Shown here: positions 55,534 to 64,000 of the stretch, piece by piece
How the letters are laid out: each line of letters begins with the position of its first letter
Numbering within the stretch: position 1 is the stretch's first letter
Source of the DNA: a virus
Direction: 5' to 3' (one strand)
DNA: 64,000 nucleotides
IMG/VR virus record: IMGVR_UViG_3300020437_000005
Span: 1-64,000 of that record
Notes under the pieces: model-generated
Seen by the model: the letters and a program-made list of their open reading frames with translations, nothing else
Told to the model about the DNA's origin: nothing
Databases searched by the model: none
Position numbers and translations under genes: made by a program

Positions 55534-58500
55534 ATGTCAGAAAAAAGAATCCAATTTAATAATATTGTTCATAATCAGTTACCAACCTATGTTAGGAACG
55601 ATTTCCCCCTAATATCGGAGTTTTTGAAGCAGTATTATATTGCTCAAGAATATCAAGGAGCACCAATCGATTTAATTCAAAATATTGACAAATATATCAA
55701 ACTTGACAATATTACGAATCTGTCTTATTCAGCAAAATTAGCATCTAACATTGATTTTGATGATACAATCATCACCGTAGATGCTACAGAATCATATACT
55801 GGAACAAATCAGTTTCCAGATTCGTATGGCCTCTTAAAAATTGGAAATGAGATCATAACATATACCGGAAAAACTGATTTTTCATTTACTGGGTGTATTA
55901 GAGGATTTAGTGGGGTAGAATCGTATAGAGGAGAGGTAAATCCTGAAGAACTTGTATTTAAATCTACAGAGGCTTCTTCTCACGAGTCTGGATCGGAAAT
56001 CGTAAACTTAAGTTGCCTTTTTCTCAAAGAATTTTTGACAAAAACAAAAATACAACTTATTCCAGGACTAGAAAATAGAGAATTTACTCAAAATCTTAAT
56101 GAAAACATTTTCATCAAAAATGCAAAGGATTTTTATCTAAGTAAGGGAACTGATAGGGGTTTTGAGGTCTTATTTAAATCATTATACAATGAAGAGGTAA
56201 AAATTATTAGGCCATCAGAGTTTTTGTCAACTCCATCAAATGCCCAGTATAAAATAACAGATAACCTTATTGTCGAACCCATAGAGGGTAATCCAAATGA
56301 CTTAAAAGATAGAACTTTATATCAAGGTAGTTATGGGAAAAATATAAATTATGCATATGCTCCTATTACTGACGTTGAGGAAGTAAGAGTTGGTGTTGGA
56401 GAAACTTATTACAAACTCAAGTTAGATGCTGGATATAATAGAGATATTGGTGTTAGAGGTGCTATATACGGCGAATTTTCAGTATATCCTAAGACTCAAG
56501 TAATAGATCGAGTATCTTCCGGATCAACTGTTATAACCGTTGATTCCACTGTTGGGTTTGATTGTCCTGGAGAATTGTACTTAACGTATGATGATGAGTC
56601 TATTGGAATAGTTTCATATACATCAAAATCTTTAAATCAATTTTTTAACTGTACAAATGTATCTGGGACTATTTTAGATAAATCTGTAGTCGGAATAAAT
56701 ACGTTTGCTTGTGCGTCATTTGATGATCAAGAAATTAAAGTTAGAATAAATTCTGTTTTAAATGAGATAAATTTTTCAGACAATTCAAGATATTATAAAA
56801 GCGGAGACGTTGCTCAAATAAAAACACTTGGCGCATCAGTTGATAACGCACTAACAAAAAATTGGTTTTACAATGTATCACCAATATATAAGGTAAAAAA
56901 TATTGTCCTTGTAGATAGTTCTGACAATACATACAGAGTTAATCTGAATGTCGATCATTACTTTAAATTAGGAGATATTGGAACAATTACTTCAAATGAT
57001 GGTATATCAAAGTATTCATCTATTATTGATATTCCATCATCTAAATCTATTGTTATTAAAGGACAAGGAAATCTTTCTTTAACCAAGAGATATACGTTTA
57101 AAAGAAATTTATTAAAGTTATCTTCTAGTTTTTTCCCAGAATCTTCTTTCTATACTACAAATGTACAAAATGTATATCAGTCGAAAGTCGATAGAGATGA
57201 GTATATTATTGCATCACCATCAATTCCTCACTATGAATCCCAACCTATAGAAACTTCAGATAGATCTGTTACATTTTCTGGAGTATTTTTTGGTGAGGAA
57301 TTAAAAATTTCTTCAGGAAAAGACCATGGATTTTATACTGGAGATGCTGTTTACTATGTACCAGAAAAGATAATAACTACAACAACTGATGATGATGGCC
57401 AAGAAGTAACAAATACTGCAATTTCTTCATCACTTTTTAATGAAGATTCTGGTGGCGAGGGATTATATTTTGTAAAAAGAATTTCTTCAACAACAATAAA
57501 ACTCTCTAGGAGTAGGACAAATATCTATAAATCAGAATTCATATCTATAGATTCTCCATTAACTGTAAGGAATAATAGTATAAAGCCATTCAAACTAAAA
57601 TCAAAAACTTTAGAATCACAAAAAATATTCAGAAAAATATTAAAACCAACAAATAATGGATCCGTATTTAAAACCGATCCTGGATTTACTGGTATTTTAA
57701 TTAATGGTGTAGAAATATTAAACTATAAGTCCAACGATTTTATTAATTATGGTAAAATCAATACTATTGATATTTTATCGTCGGGATTTGACTATGATGT
57801 CATTAACCCCCCTCCAGTAAAGATAGAAGACCCTGTAGGAGTGGGTGCTGAAGGATTTGTCTCTTTATCAGGATCTCTGAGGGAAATTAGAATTTTAGAT
57901 TCTGGTTTTGATTATGAGGAGATCCCAAAAATAAGTATAACTGGTGGAAATGGTGAAGGTGCAAAAGCTTTTGCTAATATGAAATTAATTAATCATTCAT
58001 TATCATTTGATTCACAGTCTCAAGTTAATGTAGATATTTCATCATCCACTATTGGATTTTCTACATATCATAAATTTAGAAACTCTGAGAAAGTAATTTA
58101 TACTACAAATAATCAAAATCCTATTGGTGGTTTAGTACCAAATGAATCATACTTTGTATCAGTTCAAGATAATTTTTCCGTAAAACTTCACAAAAATCTT
58201 GAAGATGCTATTTCTGGAATTAATGCATTGTCCCTTCTTTCATTTGGTGTAGGAATTCATGAGTTAAAGTCGTTTAATAAAAAATCGGTAGTAGAATCTA
58301 TCAACATAGTTTCTCCGGGATCTAAGTATCAGAATAAAAAAAGATCTATAGAGCCTGTTGGAATCAATACTTCATTGAATACTATTAATATTAAAAATCA
58401 TGACTATGATACTGGAGAAATAGTCAAATATACATGTGAAGGAAATGCCGTTGGTGGGCTATCCATTGATACTGAGTATTATCTAACGAAAGTAGACGAT

Positions 58501-61500
58501 GACTCATTCAAGTTGTCGAGGATAAACACTGAGTTGAAATCTGAGAGAGAAGATTATTTTTATAGAACTGGTCAATATGAAAATTTAACAAGTTCTGGCA
58601 TAGGAACACATGTTTTCAATTATCAAGATATTTCTGTAAAGTTAGTAGGGAAAGTCGGAATATCTCCCATCAATAATGAAACTTTCGAGGCCAAGATTGA
58701 ACCAATTTTCCGAGGAGAAGTAACATCATTATACTTATCAAATGGTGGAGTTGGTTATGGATCGTCTGAGGTCATAAACTTTGAGAGACCCCCAGAAATA
58801 AGATTAGAATCTGGATATGGGGCTCAAGTTAAACCTATTATAAGAAATGGGAGTATAGTACAGATTATAATACTGAATTCTGGTAAAAATTATACTCACT
58901 CGCCAGATTTGAATATCGTTGGTAGTGGTGTTGGTGCTGTTTTAGTGCCCATTATAGTAGATGGGAAATTATCATCTATAAAGATAAACTCGGGTGGATT
59001 TGGATATGATCAAGAAACATTTATAAACATTTTATCTTCTGGTCAAGGAGCAAGTTTTAAACCAGTACTACAATCTTGGAGAATAAATCTTTTCGAGAAA
59101 AACTTTTCAAGAGTATCTGATGACGATGGTTACATCACTGAAGGTGTGAATAAAAATCTAGGACTTCAATATTCTCACATATATGCCCCTAGAAAATTGA
59201 GGGAATCCGTATTTTCAGTTGATCAAGATGGAAAAATTTTATATGGCAAAAAAGATTTAAAACGTGTCAATAGTTTAGAAGTAAAGTCAACGGATCACTC
59301 ACCAATTATTGGATGGGCTTATGATGGAAATCCAATTTATGGTCCTTATGGATTTGCAACAAAATCTGGTGGAATTGTTCTTCAAATGAAATCTGGATAT
59401 GATATTGATTTAAAAGAATCAAGACCCCCAATATCTTTGTTCCCAGAAGGATTTTTTGTAGAAGACTATTCTTATCGTTATGTTGCAGGTGAAGATATTC
59501 TTGATGAAAATAATGGAAGATTTTGTGTCACTCCAGATTTTCCTGAAGGAACGTATGCCTATTTTGCAACTATTAACGATAGTTCTATAGATTCTTCTGG
59601 ACCATTTGCAAAATACAGAAGACCTACTTTCCCATACTTAATTGGAAATAATTATAATGACAACCCAATCGATTTTAATTTTCAGAGCGAATCGAATCAA
59701 GATTATATTGATATAAATGATGAGAATTGGTGTAGGATTATAAATCCATACAATTTAATTGAAGACGATATTCAATATGATTATCTTTACATACCAGAAA
59801 ATTTATCACAAAAATCAACTATAAATTTCACATCTAATGGAAGCATAGATTCTATAGGAATTACCAGTGCAGGAGATTTTTATCAAATCGGAGATTCGGT
59901 CTCGTTTGAGGATAAAAGTATATCTGGGAACAGAGTGTCTGCAAAGATCTCAAGAGTTGGCGGCAAACAAGTAAACAATATTAGTGTAGCTACGAGTAGT
60001 ATTGGAAATGTTGAAATATACCCATCATCAATACGAGGAGAGTACGTATTATACACTCCGAGTCCACATGAGTTTAAGAATAACGATGTCATTACAATTT
60101 CTGGAATATCCACGACAACAACTAAAATTGAGGGGACATATAAAGCAAACGTAAAGAATAATCTTTTATTCTTGGTCGGATCTGGGGAAAATATTGAAGG
60201 AATCGAATCATCAACATCAACAGGATTAGTAACATACCTTAATGTTTCTGGAGATCTGACATATCCAAATATTAGAGAAAATGATATTCTTAGCATCGGA
60301 TCTGAAAAGGTCAAAGTCTTGAATATTGATCGAAAACTATCAAGAATAAGAGTCTTAAGAGGTATTGATGACACCGTTGGATCTTCACATCCACCATTTG
60401 AAGAAATTTTAGAAGTTTCTAAAAAAATAATCATAAAATCAAAATCAAACGAGGGAGTTGATTATAAACTCAATAAAGAGTTATATTTTGATCCAAACGA
60501 ATCAATTGATTTGGGTACAAACTCAATATACATAGAAGATCATAATCTTAATACAGGGGATGTATTAACGTACTCTTCAAATACTGGAAGTCCAATAGTA
60601 GTTTCTAGAGAAGAAAACCTCTCTTCCCCAACTCCCCTTTTAGACCAACAGGAAGTTTTTGTTGCAAAAATAAACAAAGACTTTATTGGCATTTCTACAG
60701 TTAGAGTTGGTCGAGATCTTTCTGATACTTTTGTTGGTATCGCAGAAACTCATAGGGATTCCAGAACTCTATATTTCTCTGGAATTGGAACAGGAGTTTA
60801 TCATAGTTTTTCTACAAATTATAAAGTCAATACAGGAAAAATTGCAAGAAATATTGTTACAGTAGCTACTGCTCAGACGCATGGATTAATGGATGGCCAT
60901 GATGTTTTTATTGACGTTAATCCATCAACACCAACAACATTCTCTGTTAAGTATAATGATTATAATAGAAGAGTTATTATAAATCCCAAAGAATTTTCTT
61001 CTGAGGATGTCAATATAAATGATGATACTATAACCATAACAAGTCATGGATTCTCTACCGGAGAAAAGGTAATATACACCTCAACATCTCCTTCGCAAGG
61101 TCTCGAAGATAATGGTATTTACTATGTCATATCTGTGGACGATAATATTTTTAAATTAGCATCTAGTTATGAAAATTCTAAAAATATTAATCCAGTGGCT
61201 ATTAGAATATTAGAAGCATCTCCTGGATCAATCAATCCAATAAATCCACAAATAAAAGTATATAAAAATTCTACAGCAATTTTTGACTTATCTGACAGTT
61301 CATTATCATATTCAAATCTTTCAGCATTATATCCAGCTTTTGAGTTTAATGTATACTCCGATAATAGTTTTACAAAAAAATGGAATAAAGTCGAAAGTGG
61401 GACATCATTTAATATTAAAAAAATAGGATCGATAGGAGTCACTACAGACGCTAGAGTTATTTTGACTGTGAACGATCAAATCCCAGAGACTCTATATTAT

Positions 61501-64000
61501 AAATTAGATCCGGTATTCGAAAGTAATCTTCCAGAAGAAAAACAAAGTGTGGTCATAGACTTAGAAGTTACTTCTGGATCTGAAATAAAATCAGTATCTA
61601 GTCAATATAACGGTCAACATGTAATTTCTATTAAATCACCAACAGAGTTCACTTATACTCTCGATAAAACTCCAGAAAGAGTATCTTATGCGTCTTCAAT
61701 ATCAAATATTTCATATACAACAACATGTACTGATGCCTATGGTCCAATATCTGAGATAGATATAAAAAATTCTGGAGGCAACTATAGTTCTTTACCGGGG
61801 ATATCTACAATAACTTCAGCATTTGGAGTTGATGCTGTTATTGAAGCTTCTAGTAAAACAATTGGTAAAATTAAAAAGATATCAATTGACAATATTGGAT
61901 ATAACTTCCCTTCAGATAAAACACTGAGTCCGTCTGTAATGATGCCTCAGATAGTTAAAATTGATCCCCTGTATTCTATAGAATCTATAGGAATTTCTTC
62001 TGTTGGCAAGGGATATGTTAGCTCACCAGATCTAATTGTTTTAGATAATAGAACAAATACTGTAGTCTCAGACTTGGATCTTAAGTATTCTTTGGGAGAT
62101 TCTGAAGTATCAATTCTTAAAAATACTAATGGAATAAGTAACCTAATTCCAACAATAATTCCAACAAAGAATAGTAATGGTGTAGGAATTAGTTCATTAT
62201 CATACAATCTCAATAATAAAGATGTAACGGTAACATTATCATCAGGATTCAGTGATACAAATTCCTTCCCATTTAAAGTAAATGATAAGGTTCTAATTGA
62301 AAATGTCAGTATTGGTGTTGGGTCTACCGAAAGAGGATATAATTCAGAAAATTACAACTATCAGTTGTTTACCATCACTTCTACAGACGAGAATATTGGT
62401 GGTATAGGAACAGTAACTTATAGTATGTCAGAATTTTTTGAGGGAACCAATGATACCCCAGGATTATTTGATGATATTAATTCTGTAGGAAGAATTATAC
62501 CACAAAAACACTTCCCCACCTTCAATATAGTATTGAAAAATAATCAGTATTTTACTGACGAATCTGTAAGATCGGATTCAGCAACTGGACTTATAAATGG
62601 GTGGGATCCTAAAACAGGTATTCTGAGGATCTCATCAAAAGAAAACTTTGTTGTTGGAGAAATTATTGAGGGAGTAACATCGAAAACTAAAGGGATTGCA
62701 AAAAATGTAGAATATCCATATTCATACTTCAATTTAAAAAGTACCTCAACAGTGGTTGATGGTTTGCAAGTAAAATCCGGATTTTTGAATGAAAATACCC
62801 AAAGAATTCAAGATGGTGATTACTATCAAAAGTTCTCATACTCTTTAAAATCTAGAATTGATTATGATACTTGGAATGATCCTGTTTCGATATTGAATCA
62901 TAGTGTTGGATATAAGAAATTCTCAGATTATCAACTGGAATCTTCTCCAGATAATAAAACTTCTTTGGTCGTTGGACTTTCAACAGATTTAACATCATAT
63001 GAAACTATTAATGATTTGGTAGGAGTAGCCAATCTAAATTGTGTTTATGATTTTGATTTGGTGAAGGAAAATTCTTTAACCATAAATTCAAATACAATAT
63101 CTAATGAAGTTATCTTTGCAAATAGAATTATTACAGACTTTTCAGAATCTGTTGGAAATAGAGTTCTTTCAGTTGATGATGTAAGTAGCACTTTCAACAG
63201 TAAACCAAGACCAACAACATTTAGCATCATTGATAAGTTTGATTCTAGAGAAAAGAGAGCACGCAAATATATTACATATGTCAAGGATAGGAGATTTACT
63301 CAACAAAGACAATTAATGATTATCGATCTTATTAATGATCGATCATTTGGATATATGAATCAATATGGAAAGGTTGGGACATCTTACGATCAAGGATTCT
63401 TCGATTTTACTATGTCCGGAAACGAAGGTCAGGTACAATTCTTTCCCACAAAGTTCTCCATCAATGATTATGATATTACTAACATATCATACAATCTGGA
63501 TGATAACTTACTCGGCGCTGGAAATACTGTTATTGGACAATCTATTATAGAAACCAGTAGTACTGCTATTTCTTATGGACATTCATCAAGGATTGTTGGT
63601 ATTGATAGTGGATATAAATCCGCAAAAGTCCTTGTTCAAATATCACCAAACTCATATGAGGGAGATGAATTTGAATTTACTCAACTCAATATTGTTCACA
63701 ATGGAAGCGAGGTTTCTATTTTAGAATATGGCCAATTGACTACAAGTTCCAGTCCTCATGCAACATCTGGATTTGGTACTTATTTTGCATACTTGAGTGA
63801 ATCGAGTTTAAATGTAGATTTTATTCCAAATGCTGTTGGTGTCGGATCTACTGGAGTAATTAATACAATTACTGTGGGACTTGCCAACTCAACTTCAAAT
63901 CAATCAGAATCGGTAGATATGAAGCACTCTAGAATAGAATCTAGGATAACAACAATCCCATCTTCTATCTTGCCAGAAGAAAACGTAATATCAGAATATC
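55534..64000 (+). CDS. Large baseplate wedge initiator-like protein (gp7-like), 3'-truncated by the window edge
   Basis: ATG 55534 (MSEKRIQFNNIVHNQLP...); in frame at the window end (SSILPEENVISEY). Contains 'FY.SKGT', 'HSPIIGWAYDGNPIYGPYG', 'LDENNGRFC.TPDFP.GTYAYF'. Follows gp25-gp6. Spot-checked rather than read codon by codon. Confidence 0.75.
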   Translation, partial: MSEKRIQFNNIVHNQLPTYVRNDFPLISEFLKQYYIAQEYQGAPIDLIQNIDKYIKLDNITNLSYSAKLASNIDFDDTIITVDATESYTGTNQFPDSYGLLKIGNEIITYTGKTDFSFTGCIRGFSGVESYRGEVNPEELVFKSTEASSHESGSEIVNLSCLFLKEFLTKTKIQLIPGLENREFTQNLNENIFIKNAKDFYLSKGTDRGFEVLFKSLYNEEVKIIRPSEFLSTPSNAQYKITDNLIVEPIEGNPNDLKDRTLYQGSYGKNINYAYAPITDVEEVRVGVGETYYKLKLDAGYNRDIGVRGAIYGEFSVYPKTQVIDRVSSGSTVITVDSTVGFDCPGELYLTYDDESIGIVSYTSKSLNQFFNCTNVSGTILDKSVVGINTFACASFDDQEIKVRINSVLNEINFSDNSRYYKSGDVAQIKTLGASVDNALTKNWFYNVSPIYKVKNIVLVDSSDNTYRVNLNVDHYFKLGDIGTITSNDGISKYSSIIDIPSSKSIVIKGQGNLSLTKRYTFKRNLLKLSSSFFPESSFYTTNVQNVYQSKVDRDEYIIASPSIPHYESQPIETSDRSVTFSGVFFGEELKISSGKDHGFYTGDAVYYVPEKIITTTTDDDGQEVTNTAISSSLFNEDSGGEGLYFVKRISSTTIKLSRSRTNIYKSEFISIDSPLTVRNNSIKPFKLKSKTLESQKIFRKILKPTNNGSVFKTDPGFTGILINGVEILNYKSNDFINYGKINTIDILSSGFDYDVINPPPVKIEDPVGVGAEGFVSLSGSLREIRILDSGFDYEEIPKISITGGNGEGAKAFANMKLINHSLSFDSQSQVNVDISSSTIGFSTYHKFRNSEKVIYTTNNQNPIGGLVPNESYFVSVQDNFSVKLHKNLEDAISGINALSLLSFGVGIHELKSFNKKSVVESINIVSPGSKYQNKKRSIEPVGINTSLNTINIKNHDYDTGEIVKYTCEGNAVGGLSIDTEYYLTKVDDDSFKLSRINTELKSEREDYFYRTGQYENLTSSGIGTHVFNYQDISVKLVGKVGISPINNETFEAKIEPIFRGEVTSLYLSNGGVGYGSSEVINFERPPEIRLESGYGAQVKPIIRNGSIVQIIILNSGKNYTHSPDLNIVGSGVGAVLVPIIVDGKLSSIKINSGGFGYDQETFINILSSGQGASFKPVLQSWRINLFEKNFSRVSDDDGYITEGVNKNLGLQYSHIYAPRKLRESVFSVDQDGKILYGKKDLKRVNSLEVKSTDHSPIIGWAYDGNPIYGPYGFATKSGGIVLQMKSGYDIDLKESRPPISLFPEGFFVEDYSYRYVAGEDILDENNGRFCVTPDFPEGTYAYFATINDSSIDSSGPFAKYRRPTFPYLIGNNYNDNPIDFNFQSESNQDYIDINDENWCRIINPYNLIEDDIQYDYLYIPENLSQKSTINFTSNGSIDSIGITSAGDFYQIGDSVSFEDKSISGNRVSAKISRVGGKQVNNISVATSSIGNVEIYPSSIRGEYVLYTPSPHEFKNNDVITISGISTTTTKIEGTYKANVKNNLLFLVGSGENIEGIESSTSTGLVTYLNVSGDLTYPNIRENDILSIGSEKVKVLNIDRKLSRIRVLRGIDDTVGSSHPPFEEILEVSKKIIIKSKSNEGVDYKLNKELYFDPNESIDLGTNSIYIEDHNLNTGDVLTYSSNTGSPIVVSREENLSSPTPLLDQQEVFVAKINKDFIGISTVRVGRDLSDTFVGIAETHRDSRTLYFSGIGTGVYHSFSTNYKVNTGKIARNIVTVATAQTHGLMDGHDVFIDVNPSTPTTFSVKYNDYNRRVIINPKEFSSEDVNINDDTITITSHGFSTGEKVIYTSTSPSQGLEDNGIYYVISVDDNIFKLASSYENSKNINPVAIRILEASPGSINPINPQIKVYKNSTAIFDLSDSSLSYSNLSALYPAFEFNVYSDNSFTKKWNKVESGTSFNIKKIGSIGVTTDARVILTVNDQIPETLYYKLDPVFESNLPEEKQSVVIDLEVTSGSEIKSVSSQYNGQHVISIKSPTEFTYTLDKTPERVSYASSISNISYTTTCTDAYGPISEIDIKNSGGNYSSLPGISTITSAFGVDAVIEASSKTIGKIKKISIDNIGYNFPSDKTLSPSVMMPQIVKIDPLYSIESIGISSVGKGYVSSPDLIVLDNRTNTVVSDLDLKYSLGDSEVSILKNTNGISNLIPTIIPTKNSNGVGISSLSYNLNNKDVTVTLSSGFSDTNSFPFKVNDKVLIENVSIGVGSTERGYNSENYNYQLFTITSTDENIGGIGTVTYSMSEFFEGTNDTPGLFDDINSVGRIIPQKHFPTFNIVLKNNQYFTDESVRSDSATGLINGWDPKTGILRISSKENFVVGEIIEGVTSKTKGIAKNVEYPYSYFNLKSTSTVVDGLQVKSGFLNENTQRIQDGDYYQKFSYSLKSRIDYDTWNDPVSILNHSVGYKKFSDYQLESSPDNKTSLVVGLSTDLTSYETINDLVGVANLNCVYDFDLVKENSLTINSNTISNEVIFANRIITDFSESVGNRVLSVDDVSSTFNSKPRPTTFSIIDKFDSREKRARKYITYVKDRRFTQQRQLMIIDLINDRSFGYMNQYGKVGTSYDQGFFDFTMSGNEGQVQFFPTKFSINDYDITNISYNLDDNLLGAGNTVIGQSIIETSSTAISYGHSSRIVGIDSGYKSAKVLVQISPNSYEGDEFEFTQLNIVHNGSEVSILEYGQLTTSSSPHATSGFGTYFAYLSESSLNVDFIPNAVGVGSTGVINTITVGLANSTSNQSESVDMKHSRIESRITTIPSSILPEENVISEY

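Noticed and set aside
55515-64000. Apparent 8.5-kb ORF-free region or pseudogene
   Set aside because: It is a single + strand ORF lacking a stop before the window end, so the ORF track omitted it.

Overview
64-kb fragment of a large T4-like (myovirus) cyanophage genome, almost entirely coding on the + strand. The assignment is inferred from gp25/gp6/gp7-like baseplate genes, TAAATA late promoters and cyanophage-type fibre genes. 1-35.8 kb is a late structural block of tail fibre and virion genes, including a 5562-aa fibre with a C-terminal S74-type chaperone. 35.8-51 kb is an early/accessory block of about 50 mostly small ORFs. 51-64 kb holds conserved genes, baseplate gp25 and gp6, and a >2800-aa gp7-like ORF that runs off the window and is absent from the ORF track. 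The standout signal is a 35-bp intergenic direct repeat (AAAGTTACTCACCTyyyGATyGTmyyAdTdsTRyR) present in 10 same-orientation copies between 40990 and 49856. Nine of the ten copies lie 0-13 nt after an upstream stop codon, so they divide the region into gene cassettes (helicase, HNH-like, ligase-like, HExxH peptidase, small proteins). The repeat does not fit sigma70 or T4-late promoters, and in two copies the downstream ATG forms its last three bases. Its core recurs in a hairpin within a ~340-bp non-coding region that carries divergent strong sigma70 promoters, one of them antisense to the array. No rRNA, tRNA, CRISPR array, integrase or reverse transcriptase was seen. All product calls come from motif recognition only; no database searches were run.
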